From: Myxococcota bacterium
GTDB taxonomy: Bacteria; Myxococcota_A; UBA796; UBA2385
Length of the DNA: 64,000 bases
Assembly (NCBI GenBank): GCA_044344255.1
Contig: JBIJDH010000003.1
Span: 1-64,000 of the forward strand
Direction of reading: 5' to 3'
Under the pieces are notes generated by a model. The model worked only from the letters and a program-made list of their open reading frames with translations, had not been told where the DNA came from and did not search any database. The position numbers and the translations under genes were made by a program. Positions 10,333 through 20,880 of this stretch are shown piece after piece (position 1 is the stretch's first letter; every line of letters starts with the position of its first letter).

Positions 10333-11481
10333 ATGTTCGAAGATGGGAACGAAGAAGGCGCCGACCGTCCTGCCCCCGGCCGTCCGGAGCGCGCCCTCGA
10401 CTGGGGAGACATCCGCGCGCGGGGGGAGCGTGGCGTGGGCATCTCTGCCGCCGAGGCTGAGGCCATCGCCCTGCTCGACGATCCGGGCGCCCTTCGGGAG
10501 CTCTTTGCCACCACCGACGCCCTCCGCCGCTTCCACAAGGGGGACTTCGTCAACACCTGCGGGATCTCCAACGCGAAGTCCGGCCGCTGCCCTGAGAAGT
10601 GCAACTTCTGCTCTCAGTCCGCCCACTTTGACACGGAGGCCCCCAAGTACGCCGTGAAGTCGGCGGACACCCTCGTGGGTGAGGCGGCCGCCGCCTTCGC
10701 GAGCGGCGTGCGCGAATTCAGCATCGTGATGTCGGGGCGCGCGGTGGACAAGGAGCCGGAGCTCCGCACCCTCGAGACCGCCTTCCAGCGCATCCGCGCC
10801 GAGACCGGGCTGCAGACCTGCGCCAGCCTCGGCCTGATGACGAAGGCGAACCTCTCGCGCCTCCAGGCGGCCGGCATGCAGTCGATGCACCACAACCTCG
10901 AGACCGCCCGCTCCTTCCACAGCACCATCGTGGAGTCCCACACCTACGACGAGGAGGTGGAGACCATCAAGGCCGCCAAGGAGCTCGGCATGTACGTCTG
11001 CTCGGGCGGCATCTTCGGGATGGGCGAGAGCTGGGCGCAGCGGGTGGAGATGGCCGAGGAGCTCCGCGCTCTCGACGTCGACAGCGTGCCCATCAACTTC
11101 CTGAACGCGCGGCCGGGCACCCCGCTCGAGGGCCTCCGGGAGCTCCGGCCCGTCGACTGCCTTAAGATCATCGCGATCTACCGGCTGATGTTGCCGACGA
11201 AGGACCTCCTCGTCTGCGGGGGCCGGGAGATGAACCTCGAGGACCAGCAGGGCAGCATGTTCAAGGCGGGGGCGAACGGCGTGATGCTCGGCAACTACCT
11301 CACCACCGGCGGGCGGGCCCTCGTCGATGATCACGCCCTGCTCGAGTCTCTCGGCCTCATCATCCGCCCGCCGCCGCACGCGCCGCACCCGCCCTCGGTG
11401 CCGCCCTCGATCCGCGGCGAGGGCACCGATCTCGCAGGTCTGGCCGACAAGCCGGGGGTCGGAGCCGCGGCGCTCCCTTGA
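10333..11481 (+). CDS. bioB: Biotin synthase
   Basis: NAKSGRCPEKCNFCSQS, CASLG, HHNLET, CSGGIFGMGE, VPINFL, GNYLTT. Confidence 0.95.
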   Translation: MFEDGNEEGADRPAPGRPERALDWGDIRARGERGVGISAAEAEAIALLDDPGALRELFATTDALRRFHKGDFVNTCGISNAKSGRCPEKCNFCSQSAHFDTEAPKYAVKSADTLVGEAAAAFASGVREFSIVMSGRAVDKEPELRTLETAFQRIRAETGLQTCASLGLMTKANLSRLQAAGMQSMHHNLETARSFHSTIVESHTYDEEVETIKAAKELGMYVCSGGIFGMGESWAQRVEMAEELRALDVDSVPINFLNARPGTPLEGLRELRPVDCLKIIAIYRLMLPTKDLLVCGGREMNLEDQQGSMFKAGANGVMLGNYLTTGGRALVDDHALLESLGLIIRPPPHAPHPPSVPPSIRGEGTDLAGLADKPGVGAAALP

Positions 11482-12581
11482 CCGATCGGTACGCGCGGCT
11501 GGCGGCGCGGGTCGCCGCGGTCGACCGGGCCGGACTGCGGCGTGTGCTGCGGCCGCTCTCGATGGTGAGCCCCACCGAGGGGCTCCTCGACGGGCAGCCG
11601 GTCGATGTCTTCTGCTCGAACGACTACCTCGGCCTCGCGTTGCACCCGGCGGTGGTCGCGGCCTGGCGCGGCGCGGGCTCTGGATCGGCGCGGCTGATCT
11701 CCGGCGACCGGCCCGTCCACCACGCCCTCGAGGACCGCCTCGAGGGGCTCTACGGCCGCCCGGTCACCCTGTTCAGCTCCGGCTGGCACGCCAACCAGGG
11801 GCTGATGACGACGCTCCTCGAGGCGGGCGACCTCGTGGTCAGCGACGCGCTCAACCACGCCTCGATCATCGACGGCATCCGCCTCTCCAAGGCGGACCGC
11901 GCCATCCTGCCGCACGGGAGCCTCGCCGTGCCCGCTGGGGCTCGCCTCGTCGTCACGGAGGGCCTGTTCTCGATGGACGGCGACGTGCCCGACCTCGTGA
12001 GCCTCTACCGGAACATGGGCGGCGCCTGGCTCTGCGTCGATGAGGCCCACGCGGTGGGGGCCATCGGGCCGGGTGGGCGGGGGGAGAGCTTCGCCCAAGG
12101 CCTCGTGCCCGACTTCGTCGTCGGCACCTTCGGCAAGGCGCTCGGCTCGATGGGGGCCTTCGTGGTCGGTCCGCCGGAGCTCAAGGCGCTGCTCACCTCC
12201 CAGGCGCGCGCCTTCCTCTTCACCACCGGCCTCGCCGAGCCGGCGGCGAGGGCGGCGCTCGTGGCGCTCGAGCTCGCCGATGATGCCCGTCGGGAGCGCC
12301 TCTCCGCCAATGTGCGTCGCCTCCGCGCCGGCCTGTGGTCGATCGGCCTCCCCGCGCCCGGCGCCGCCCACATCGTGCCGATCGAGCTTGGCCCGGCGAC
12401 CATGATCGTGGCCGAGCGCCTGCTCGCCGCCGGCTTCTACGTGAGCGGGATCCGCCCGCCCACGGTGGCGCCCGGCACCGAGCGCCTGCGGGTGACGCTC
12501 TCGGCCGAGCACCGCCCGGAGCAGATCGATCGCCTGATCGACGCCCTCGAGCGGGCCCTCCGCGGGGGCCCCCGGCCTTAG
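11478..12581 (+). CDS. bioF: 8-amino-7-oxononanoate synthase
   Basis: FCSNDYLGL, SDALNHASIIDG, FSMDGD, DEAH, GTFGKALG, IRPPTV; coupled to bioB. Confidence 0.93.
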   Translation: MTDRYARLAARVAAVDRAGLRRVLRPLSMVSPTEGLLDGQPVDVFCSNDYLGLALHPAVVAAWRGAGSGSARLISGDRPVHHALEDRLEGLYGRPVTLFSSGWHANQGLMTTLLEAGDLVVSDALNHASIIDGIRLSKADRAILPHGSLAVPAGARLVVTEGLFSMDGDVPDLVSLYRNMGGAWLCVDEAHAVGAIGPGGRGESFAQGLVPDFVVGTFGKALGSMGAFVVGPPELKALLTSQARAFLFTTGLAEPAARAALVALELADDARRERLSANVRRLRAGLWSIGLPAPGAAHIVPIELGPATMIVAERLLAAGFYVSGIRPPTVAPGTERLRVTLSAEHRPEQIDRLIDALERALRGGPRP

Positions 12582-14815
12582 AGCCCGAGGCCGGAGAAGC
12601 TGATGTAGACCGTGCCCTTGTTGGCGCTGGTCGAGGTGTTGCCCCAGCCGTAGTCGCCGACCACGAGGTCTTGCGCGCCGTCTCCGTTGAGGTCGCCGGG
12701 GCGAGGGCTGAGCGAGGCGGCGTAGTTCACGTTGTAGAAGGCGAGGTCGGTGTCGTACTCGCCCGTGATGTCACCGAAGGCGTCGGAGGTGGAGTCGAGG
12801 CCCGCGGTCTGGTTCTCGCTCGACCAGATGAGCAGGTTGCCCGGATCGCTGTCGGCCTCCATCCCGACACCCCACTCGGAGACGCCGTCGCCGGTGAAGT
12901 CACCGACCGGCCGCATCACGATGGGGCTGGGGTCCGAGGCGCCAAACTCGTAGGTGACCGCGGCCATCGACTGATAGTCGATGCTCGAGTCACGCACGTC
13001 GGAGCCGCCGGGCACCATGTACATGGTGAGCGTGCCGCGGTTGTACATCCAGAGCTCGCCGTCGCCGTCGCCGTCCCAGTCGGGGCCGATCGCGCAGAGC
13101 CAGCCGAGGCGCTCGTAGTTGTCGCCGTGGGCGACCACCGTGGCGAAGGTCTCGAGGTTCTGCGCGGAGGCGGAGACATACTGAGGGGCCTTGCCCCAGA
13201 GGGCCCAGACCGCGCCGTCGTTGGTGGCGCCGTAGTCGGAGAGGTGGTCGCAGTAGACGATGTCCTCGTAGCCGTCGCCGTCGAGGTCGCCGCCGCTGGA
13301 GAAGCTGTTGTACATGGCCGCGGTGTAGATCGACCCGCCGCCGCCGTCCGTGGTGAAGCGGGCGTCTACGCTGGCGAGCGACATCGTGGTGCCCGCGGCG
13401 ACGTCCCCGTACTGGAGGAAGAGGTAGGGCGCCGCCGTCGCGCTGGTGCTGGCGGCGTAGTAGCCGAAGAGCTCGTCCTGACCATCGCCGTTGAGGTCGA
13501 GGTCGGAGGCGAGGCCGCGGCCGAGGTAGTAGCCGGAGCTGTCCCCGTTGAGGGTGACCTGGGCGTTGGAGGTGTCACCGGCCGACATCGCGTCGGCGCC
13601 GGCGAGCAGGTAGACCGCGCCCATGCTGCTGTTGGCGCCCGGCGCGCCGATCGCGAGGTAGGGGCCCGCTGTCCCGGTGGTGCCCTCGAGCACGGCGAGC
13701 TCGGCGCCGAGCGCGTCGGAGGCGCCGGTGCCGGAGAAGTAGTTGTCGGCGTCCTCGAGGTCGCTGCCGTCGGCGGCGAGCGAGCTGCCGTCGTAGAGGG
13801 CGACGCCGCCCTTGTTGCCGCTGTAGGCGTAGGCGCCGGCGACGAGGTCGTCGCTGCCGTCTTCGTCGAGGTCGGCCACGAGCACGCGGTAGCCGAACTT
13901 GTCGCCGGGCTGGGCGCCCACGTAGGTCAAGCTCGCGGCGTAGGCGGGGACGTCGTTGTCGGCCTCGCCGTCGCAGTCGTCGTCGAGGGTGTTCCAGGTC
14001 TCGACGTTGTCGGGGTTGACCTCGGCGTCGAGGTCGTCGCAGTCATCCCCTCGGCCATAGGCGGCGGACTCAAAGCCGTCGTTGTCCTGGTCGAAGTCGT
14101 TGACGCCATCGCAGTTGGAGTCGATGCCGTCGTAGAAGACGTCGGTGGCGCCGGGGTGGATCTCGGCGTTGGCGTCCTGGCAGTCGCCGCCGCCCGCGGT
14201 GGCGTCGTCGTTCCACACCGAGGTCTGGAAGCCGTCGCCGTCCTGATCGTACTCGTCGGCCCCGTCGCAGTTCGCGTCGACGCCGTCGTAGAACTCGTCG
14301 GCGGCGCCGGGGTGGACGTCGGCGTCGTCGTCGTCACAGTCGTCGCCGCCAGCGTTGGTGTCGTTGTAGCCGTCGCCGTCGGTGTCGAGGAGGGGGGCGC
14401 CGCGCAGGGTCACGGTGATGGTGGGGGAGTCGGGATCATTCGTGGTGATCGTGACCGTGCCCACGTCACTCGCAAAGTCGAGCGGCAGGTAGTTGAAGCC
14501 GACGGTGTTGGTGCCGCCCGGCGCGACCTGGAGGCCGGCGCCGGCGGTGGCCGAGAACTCCGGGAGGTCGATGGTGAGCTCGGAGACCTCGAGCATCCCG
14601 GTCCCGGTGTTCGTGAGGTTCAAGGACCGGGCCTCGATGGCGTTGACCTCCACCAGACCGAAGTCGAGCTCAGCGGCGTCGACGACGAAGTTCGGCTGAC
14701 CCTCGCCGTCGTCGCCGCCGCCGCCATCGATCTTACCGGCGTCGTTGGTGATGCCCCCGCCGCAGGCGGCGAGGAAGAAGGTCACGGTTGCGAGTGCGTT
14801 CGACGCGCGGATCAA
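12578..14815 (-). CDS. Surface lipoprotein: Ig-like domain, MopE-type acidic DCDD..P...DGxDxNCDG repeats, FG-GAP (integrin alpha-like) propeller
   Basis: Lipobox LAAC; three DC[DQ]D...DxxCDG motifs; DLDEDGSDDLVAGA, DLNGDGQDE, DLNGDGAQDLVVG repeats. Confidence 0.85.
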   Translation of the reverse strand: MIRASNALATVTFFLAACGGGITNDAGKIDGGGGDDGEGQPNFVVDAAELDFGLVEVNAIEARSLNLTNTGTGMLEVSELTIDLPEFSATAGAGLQVAPGGTNTVGFNYLPLDFASDVGTVTITTNDPDSPTITVTLRGAPLLDTDGDGYNDTNAGGDDCDDDDADVHPGAADEFYDGVDANCDGADEYDQDGDGFQTSVWNDDATAGGGDCQDANAEIHPGATDVFYDGIDSNCDGVNDFDQDNDGFESAAYGRGDDCDDLDAEVNPDNVETWNTLDDDCDGEADNDVPAYAASLTYVGAQPGDKFGYRVLVADLDEDGSDDLVAGAYAYSGNKGGVALYDGSSLAADGSDLEDADNYFSGTGASDALGAELAVLEGTTGTAGPYLAIGAPGANSSMGAVYLLAGADAMSAGDTSNAQVTLNGDSSGYYLGRGLASDLDLNGDGQDELFGYYAASTSATAAPYLFLQYGDVAAGTTMSLASVDARFTTDGGGGSIYTAAMYNSFSSGGDLDGDGYEDIVYCDHLSDYGATNDGAVWALWGKAPQYVSASAQNLETFATVVAHGDNYERLGWLCAIGPDWDGDGDGELWMYNRGTLTMYMVPGGSDVRDSSIDYQSMAAVTYEFGASDPSPIVMRPVGDFTGDGVSEWGVGMEADSDPGNLLIWSSENQTAGLDSTSDAFGDITGEYDTDLAFYNVNYAASLSPRPGDLNGDGAQDLVVGDYGWGNTSTSANKGTVYISFSGLGL

Positions 14816-14883
14816 GGGAGCCCCCGATGAGAGGGATGGCAGCGAGGCAGGGCAGCGCGCATCTTAGCGCATGATCGGGCGGC

Positions 14884-15654
14884 TCAGAAGCTCTCCGCGG
14901 CGCGCAATCGGGAGCCGGCCAGATTCGTCAGGCCGAGCTCGCGACAAACCCTCGCGTGAAGGGCGTCGGAGGCTGCCTGATCGCCGGTGTTGAGCGGACG
15001 GAAGTAGATCGTGTCGAGCTCGCGGGAGGGCCAGTCCCAGGTCTCGGCGACCTCCCGTCCGAGGGCGTGGAGGAGATCGCGCCAGTGGTCGCGGAAGGCG
15101 AGGGCCTCGGCGGCGTTACCGGGCTGGACCACGAAGGCGAGGGTGGCGTAGGGGCGCTGCAGGCCCAGCTCGGCGCGGAGGCTGAGGAAGCGCTCGATGT
15201 TCCGGAACACCTGATCTCTGCGATCGGCGCCCTTGACGTCGCGGTAGACGGCGGGGCTCCAGGCGTCGATGGAGAAGTGTAAGAACCGAAAGGTGTCCGG
15301 CTGCTGGCCGGGCTGGTTGGCCAGCCGCAGCAGCAGGCGGGCGCGGGCCTCGCCGAAGACGACCCCGTTCGTGTGGAGCTTGAACTCGCGGAACAGGCGG
15401 TTCGAGCCGTTGACCGCGAAGGCGTACTCGACGAATCGGTCAAATTCCGGGTGGATCGTCGGCTCACCCAGCCAGTGGGGGCAAAGGTGGACGTCCTCGG
15501 CCATGTCCTGAAGGCCGAGCAGCGCCCGGCGCCAGGTGGCCCAGTCCATGAAGCGCATCGGCACGCCGTGGGCTTCGTCTCGCAAGGACTGACTGCACAT
15601 CTTGCACTTGATGTTGCAGTGGTCCGTGAGCTCCAGGTTCAGGTTGATGGCCAC
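14884..15654 (-). CDS. Radical SAM core protein lacking a SPASM domain; paralog of 3555..4658
   Basis: GTG start at 15654 behind a GGAGG RBS; ELTDHCNIKCKMC, WLGEP, HTNG, FSIDA, VKG.D; ends RAAESF with no Cys cluster. Confidence 0.85.
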   Translation of the reverse strand: MAINLNLELTDHCNIKCKMCSQSLRDEAHGVPMRFMDWATWRRALLGLQDMAEDVHLCPHWLGEPTIHPEFDRFVEYAFAVNGSNRLFREFKLHTNGVVFGEARARLLLRLANQPGQQPDTFRFLHFSIDAWSPAVYRDVKGADRRDQVFRNIERFLSLRAELGLQRPYATLAFVVQPGNAAEALAFRDHWRDLLHALGREVAETWDWPSRELDTIYFRPLNTGDQAASDALHARVCRELGLTNLAGSRLRAAESF

Positions 15655-15721
15655 CCGCTCCCCCTCCTCCCCTCTTGACCCGTTCCCAGTCCCGGGCCAG
15701 TGGGTGAGGGGGGCTTCGCTC

Positions 15722-17410
15722 TTGAGCACACCTGCGATCCTGTACCTGAGCGCCGAGTACGATCCGAGCCAGAAGATGATGGGGCGGCAGGTGGCGAGCA
15801 GCGCCTTCCTCTCCGCCGTGGCCCGGTATGAGCCGGCGGAGGAGCTCGCGGTGGCGGCCACCTCCCGTGACGAGGTGGTTCGATTTCGATCCTTGCAGCG
15901 CTCGCTCGGCGCTCCAGAGCGGCGGTACCGTTGGATCCGCTGGGGCGAGGCCGAGGGGCTGCACGCCGCGGGGGGCCTCTACCGGCCCGATCCCGTGCTC
16001 GGCGACGAGGCCTGGACCCGCCAGGCCCTAGACCCCCGAAGCTGGTGCATCACCGGCGTCACCCACACCGTCGCCAGCCTCGGCGTGCAGCGGGCCTTCG
16101 CCCAGATGGTGACCGCGCCGCTCGAGCCCTGGGACGCCCTCATCTGCACCTCAGAGGCCGTCCGGAGGGTCGTGGAGGGGCACTTCGAGGCCCTCGGCCA
16201 GCACCTCGCCGAGCGCTGGCGGATGCCCGAGGTGCCGCGGGTGCGCCTCTCGCTCCCGGTCATCCCCCTCGGCGTGCACCTTGAGGAATTCGACACCCGT
16301 CCCGCAGACCGACAGGCGGCGCGGCAGGCCCGGCGGGCGGAGCTCGGCGTCGGGGAGGACGACGTGGTCGTGCTCTTCGTCGGTCGGCTGGCCTGGCACG
16401 CCAAGGCCAACCCGTGGCCGATGTACGCGGCCCTCGAGGCGGCGGCCCGGCGAACCGGCAAGGTCGTACACCTCGTCCAGGCGGGGTGGTTCGCCGGAGA
16501 GAGCCTCGAGCGAGGCTTTCGGGACGCGGCAGCCCTCATCGCTCCCACGATCCGCCACCACTTCATCGATGGCCGCGAGCCCGCTTGGCGGCGGGACGTC
16601 TGGGCCCTCGCCGACCTCTTCACCTCCCTCGCCGACAACGTGCAGGAGACCTTCGGGCTCACCCCCCTCGAGGCGATGGCCGCTGGGCTTCCGGTCGTGG
16701 TGTCAGACTGGAACGGCTATCGGGAGACCGTCCGAGACGGCCTGGACGGCATCCTCGTGCCCACGATGATGAGCCCACCGGGCCTCGGCGGGACGATCGC
16801 GCAGCGCCACCACGCCAACCTCGACACCTACGACCTCACGGTCGGCGCGCTGGCGCTCAACGTCTCGGTCGACATCGCCGCCGCCGTCGAGGCTTACGCC
16901 GCCCTCCTCGCCGACCCCGCCTTACGCCGGCGCATGGGCGACTCCGGCCGCGAGCGGGCGCGGTCCGTCTATTCCTGGGAGAGGGTGTACGGCCAATATC
17001 GGGCGCTCTGGGCGGAGCAGCAGGCGATCCGCCGCGCGGCGGGCCCCGCCGAGGTCCCAGCCCGCCCGACGGGCACCGCCGCTGTGCCCGATCCGCTCCA
17101 CCTCTATCGGCACTACGCCACCGCCACCTTCGACGAGAGCAGCGTCGTCATCGCGCTCGCCGGGCTCCCGCTGGAGGCCTGGAAGGTGGCGCTCTCGAGC
17201 CCCCTGCTCTCATCGGGCAGCGCCGGCATGGCGGGCGGTGACGACGTCGAGTGGCTGTACCGCACCCTCACCACGGGGCCGAAGCCCGTGGGTGAGCTCA
17301 TGCGCGGCGCCCCCGGGCGGCGACCGTGGGCCATCCAGCGCAGCGTCACCTGGCTGTGTAAGGCCGGCCTCGTGATCGTCCAGGGACAGGTGCCCACCGC
17401 GCGGCCGTGA
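15722..17410 (+). CDS. GT4 family glycosyltransferase
   Basis: LFVGRL, QETFGLTPLEAMAAGLPVVVSDWNGYRETV, RRRMG..GRERA...YSW; start chosen as the TTG clear of the divergent gene. Confidence 0.88.
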   Translation: MSTPAILYLSAEYDPSQKMMGRQVASSAFLSAVARYEPAEELAVAATSRDEVVRFRSLQRSLGAPERRYRWIRWGEAEGLHAAGGLYRPDPVLGDEAWTRQALDPRSWCITGVTHTVASLGVQRAFAQMVTAPLEPWDALICTSEAVRRVVEGHFEALGQHLAERWRMPEVPRVRLSLPVIPLGVHLEEFDTRPADRQAARQARRAELGVGEDDVVVLFVGRLAWHAKANPWPMYAALEAAARRTGKVVHLVQAGWFAGESLERGFRDAAALIAPTIRHHFIDGREPAWRRDVWALADLFTSLADNVQETFGLTPLEAMAAGLPVVVSDWNGYRETVRDGLDGILVPTMMSPPGLGGTIAQRHHANLDTYDLTVGALALNVSVDIAAAVEAYAALLADPALRRRMGDSGRERARSVYSWERVYGQYRALWAEQQAIRRAAGPAEVPARPTGTAAVPDPLHLYRHYATATFDESSVVIALAGLPLEAWKVALSSPLLSSGSAGMAGGDDVEWLYRTLTTGPKPVGELMRGAPGRRPWAIQRSVTWLCKAGLVIVQGQVPTARP

Positions 17411-17434
17411 AGAGGGGGCGGCCCGCGCGTGCGC

Positions 17435-18058
17435 TCAGAAGCTGCCGACCAGGGCGAGGCCCTCGCCCGTCGGGGTGACGGTCATCGCGACGCGGTCCTT
17501 CCGCTTGAGCAAGAGGCCCGAGGACTTGCCGACCCGCAGGTTCTCGCCGCGCTGCACGAGGGCGCCGATGCCCGCCGTGAGCGTGCCGCCCGTGAGGAGG
17601 AATCCGGAGCCGGGCTTGCCGAAGGTGAGCAGGCCCACGCCGGCGAGGCTGGAGCCGGCCACGCTCGTCCAGGCGCCGCGCATGTTCACGTCTTGACCGG
17701 CCTTCTTGAGCCGCTTCGCCGTGACCGTGGTGCCCGCCGTGGCGACAGGCGCGCCGACGATGTAGGCCGCTCCGCCAACGCCGACGAGCCCGATGCCAAA
17801 TATCAGGTTATTCGCCGCTTTTTCGCCAGAGCCGTCTGCCTTCCCGCTGAGGGCGGTGTCAAAGGAGGAGGCGAACGCGCCGGTCGTCCCCTTGACCAGC
17901 AGCACGGAACCGACGACCACGCCGCCTAAGCCGCCGGCCATCATCTCCAGGCCGACGTTGCCGGTGGTGTGGGAGGGGTACGGGGAGGGCTCTTTGGCCG
18001 CGGCGGGCAGGCTCAAGAGGAGCGCTCCGAAGAGGCCCAGCAGGGGAGGGAGTCGCAT
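17435..18058 (-). CDS. Hypothetical exported or membrane glycine-rich protein
   Basis: Signal-like MRLPPLLGLFGALLLSLPAAA, several hydrophobic Gly-rich segments, C-terminal beta-strand ending in F (LALVGSF). Confidence 0.65.
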   Translation of the reverse strand: MRLPPLLGLFGALLLSLPAAAKEPSPYPSHTTGNVGLEMMAGGLGGVVVGSVLLVKGTTGAFASSFDTALSGKADGSGEKAANNLIFGIGLVGVGGAAYIVGAPVATAGTTVTAKRLKKAGQDVNMRGAWTSVAGSSLAGVGLLTFGKPGSGFLLTGGTLTAGIGALVQRGENLRVGKSSGLLLKRKDRVAMTVTPTGEGLALVGSF

Positions 18059-18099
18059 TCTGGCTCCAAGTGGAGTGGCAAGGTGGGGAGAGGGGAGGT

Positions 18100-18732
18100 T
18101 CAGTCTCCCCTGTAGTCCTTCAGGACTTGAAAGGGGAATCCGGCCTCTATCTCGCGATCGTGCGGGGCTCGGAAGGCCCCAACTCCATCGGGCAAGGTGC
18201 CCAGGGCCTGGAGGAAGGCCTCCGTGCACAGGGTCTCGCCGCCGGCCGCGACGTCTTCGCCGAGGACGAAGGCTCGGTTCACCTCGTCTCCGTACACGTC
18301 CTCCCTGGGCACCACGAGCAAGGTGCCGTGGCCGAGGCCGATGCCCGGCCAGATGGGGTCGTTCCGGCGACCGTCGCCGATGTGGCCGGTGCGGTCGTGG
18401 TTGAAGGTGTGGGCGCGGCGATTGGCGTCGAGGGCGGCCAGGAGGGCGGTGGCCGGGGAGGGGAAGACCGCGAAGAAGGTGTCGGCCACCCGCTTGATGA
18501 TCTCGCCGCCCTGGTCGGAGATGGCGGGCATCAGGGCCCGCTCGGCGGCGCGAGCGAGGGCGAGGGCGTAGACGATGCCATCGGCGCGCGTCCTGCGCAC
18601 CATGCCCGTGAAGTCGCAGACGAGGATGGAGCCGGTGACCTCGTACCGTCTGTGGATCTCGGCCTCGACCTCCGGCACCGTGAACAGGAGGTCGATCAGG
18701 TCAGGGAAGCTCAGGAGCTTGAGCTGCGGCAT
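18100..18732 (-). CDS. Stand-alone class III adenylate/guanylate cyclase domain protein
   Basis: ILVCDFTG, GEIIKRVADTFFAVF, GIGLGHG, DVYGDEVNRA. Confidence 0.82.
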   Translation of the reverse strand: MPQLKLLSFPDLIDLLFTVPEVEAEIHRRYEVTGSILVCDFTGMVRRTRADGIVYALALARAAERALMPAISDQGGEIIKRVADTFFAVFPSPATALLAALDANRRAHTFNHDRTGHIGDGRRNDPIWPGIGLGHGTLLVVPREDVYGDEVNRAFVLGEDVAAGGETLCTEAFLQALGTLPDGVGAFRAPHDREIEAGFPFQVLKDYRGD

Positions 18733-18741
18733 GGCTCGCCT

Positions 18742-20751
18742 CTACAGGTTCGCGATGACCATGTTGTTGAGGACGGCGATCACCACGCCCATGATCGAGA
18801 TCCCGGCGATGATGCCCGAAGAGACGGGGATGAGGTAGTCGTCGGCCGTGGCGGCGCTCTTCTTGTGCCACATCCAGCCGATGATCGCGCCGAGCAGCAT
18901 GGACAGCGGGTAGTTGAAGGGCAGGATGAGCCCGAGCCCGATGCCGGTGGCCGAGGGGAGCCAGGCCCGCGCCTTCGGGAAGACCACCTCCAGGAGGACC
19001 ATCACCACGCCGAGGCCGAGACCCCAGAAGATGGCGGTCTGGTGCATCGGGTGCATGTTCTCGATGCCGTACTTGAAGACCTCGGCCACCGCCTTCCAGG
19101 CCTGGGCGGCGGGGGCGGGGAAGGTGGGCTGCTTGTCACCGTCCCCGAGCAAGGTCGTCGCGTCGGGGACGAGCAGGCGAAAGCCCCAGACCGTCGCGAT
19201 CGTCCCCGAGAAGATGCCGGCGAACTGGGCGACGAACTGGCGGCGCGGGTTGGCCCCGAGGAGGTAGCCGCTCTTGAGGTCATTCAAGAGGTCGGCGGCC
19301 GAGCCGGCGGCGCTGGCGGTGATGCTGGCCGTCATCAGGTTGGCGGTGGTCGACTGGGGGATGAGCACGCCGTAGGTCAGCTGCATGATCTTGCCCATGG
19401 CGCCCACGGGCGTGATGTCGGACTCTCCGGTGGCGCGGCAGGCGACGAGGGAGAGCAGGAAGGTCATGAACACGGCCAGCACGCCGTAGTGCCAGGGCAC
19501 GTCGAAGTAGGCGTGAGCCACGAAGATGACGCCCGAGCCCGCGAGCAGGCCGCCCGCGGCGAACCAGGAGTTCGGCACTTCAGTCGCCGAGACGGAGTCG
19601 GTCTCGGTCGCCGACTTCTTGCCCAAGCCCTGCAGCGCGCGGAGGATGGTGCGCCACTGGAGGCCGAAGGAGAGCAGGCCCGAGGAGATCATGATGGGGA
19701 CGCCGAGCCAGAGGCCGATCTCCTTCCAGGCTTTGTAGGGCTGCGAGGCGGCCTTGACCACCGCGCCGGTCACGGGGCTCGTCCACTCGCTGTCCCAGGC
19801 GTAGGGCCCGATGACGAAGGCCAGGGCGAGGCCCGCCACGGCCATGTAGATGGTGGTGCGAAGGCCGACGATGGCGCCCGCGGCGATCATCACGGGGTTG
19901 ATGTCGAGGGCGACGGTCCAGTCGGAGGGCTTGAAGGCCTCGGTCTTACCGTCCACCTCGTGGGTTCCATGCGCAGGCAGCCAGTCAAAGAGCGGGATCT
20001 GACCGGGGAGCAGGCCCTCCTGGCCCTCGGCCCCGCCCGGGAGCGAGGGGAAGAGCTTGCGGACGTTGAGGTCGAGCAGCAGCGGGAAGGTGGCTCCGAC
20101 CAGCGACGACCAGAGCAACGCCGTCGCCTTGCGGAGGGCGGCGTCGCCCTTGGAGTAGAGCGACTGCAGGGTCGCGGCGGCGGCGGTGCCGGAGGGGAAC
20201 TTGAGGCGCTCCTGGTTGATCAGGTTGCGCTTCATCGGGATGGCGAGGACGGTGCCGAGGGCCGCCTGGAAGAAGGTCCACGCGCCGAGCACGGCCCAGG
20301 GGAGGTGCTCCCCCTTGGGGTTCTCGGCGGTGGCCGACAGCATGAGGAGGGCGGCGATGGCCGAGACGATCGTGCCCACGGTAGCCGAGCCCGCCGAAGA
20401 GGCGGTCGACTGCATGCAGTTCGTCTCGAGGATGGTCATCGGGGTCTTGGCGACCCCGGCCTTCTGGAAGACGTTCCACACGAAAAAGGATAGGATGCAG
20501 GCCGTGATCGCGACGCCGAGCCCCCAGCCGGTCTTCAGGCCGATGTAGAGGTTCGTGAAGGCGAGGAGGAAGCCGAGCACCGAGCCCATCGCCACCGCGC
20601 GGTAGGTGAGCTGCGGGGTGTCGTCTCCGCGGTACACTTTCTCGTACCACTGGGCCTCCGTCATCTCCTGGACCTGGTCCGGGGAGATGTCCAGGGGCCG
20701 ACTGGCCTCCAGCTCTTCTACGGTGCTGGGGGCGGGCTGAAACAAGGCCAT
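18742..20751 (-). CDS. OPT family oligopeptide transporter
   Basis: PQLTYRA, NLYIGLKTGW, ETNCMQSTASSAG, LKFPSGTAAA, DLKSGYLLGANPRRQ, PAPAAQAW. Confidence 0.92.
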   Translation of the reverse strand: MALFQPAPSTVEELEASRPLDISPDQVQEMTEAQWYEKVYRGDDTPQLTYRAVAMGSVLGFLLAFTNLYIGLKTGWGLGVAITACILSFFVWNVFQKAGVAKTPMTILETNCMQSTASSAGSATVGTIVSAIAALLMLSATAENPKGEHLPWAVLGAWTFFQAALGTVLAIPMKRNLINQERLKFPSGTAAAATLQSLYSKGDAALRKATALLWSSLVGATFPLLLDLNVRKLFPSLPGGAEGQEGLLPGQIPLFDWLPAHGTHEVDGKTEAFKPSDWTVALDINPVMIAAGAIVGLRTTIYMAVAGLALAFVIGPYAWDSEWTSPVTGAVVKAASQPYKAWKEIGLWLGVPIMISSGLLSFGLQWRTILRALQGLGKKSATETDSVSATEVPNSWFAAGGLLAGSGVIFVAHAYFDVPWHYGVLAVFMTFLLSLVACRATGESDITPVGAMGKIMQLTYGVLIPQSTTANLMTASITASAAGSAADLLNDLKSGYLLGANPRRQFVAQFAGIFSGTIATVWGFRLLVPDATTLLGDGDKQPTFPAPAAQAWKAVAEVFKYGIENMHPMHQTAIFWGLGLGVVMVLLEVVFPKARAWLPSATGIGLGLILPFNYPLSMLLGAIIGWMWHKKSAATADDYLIPVSSGIIAGISIMGVVIAVLNNMVIANL

Positions 20752-20880
20752 GTCCGACGCTCCGGCGATCCGCGGCCGTCCGGCCGCGCGCGGCGCGAGC
20801 ATACTCCGCTGCGGGCCGTCGGAAGAGGTCCAGGCGCGCTTTGCGGCGCCCCGCCCCACCGCGCCCGCGCCCGCCCCTGC

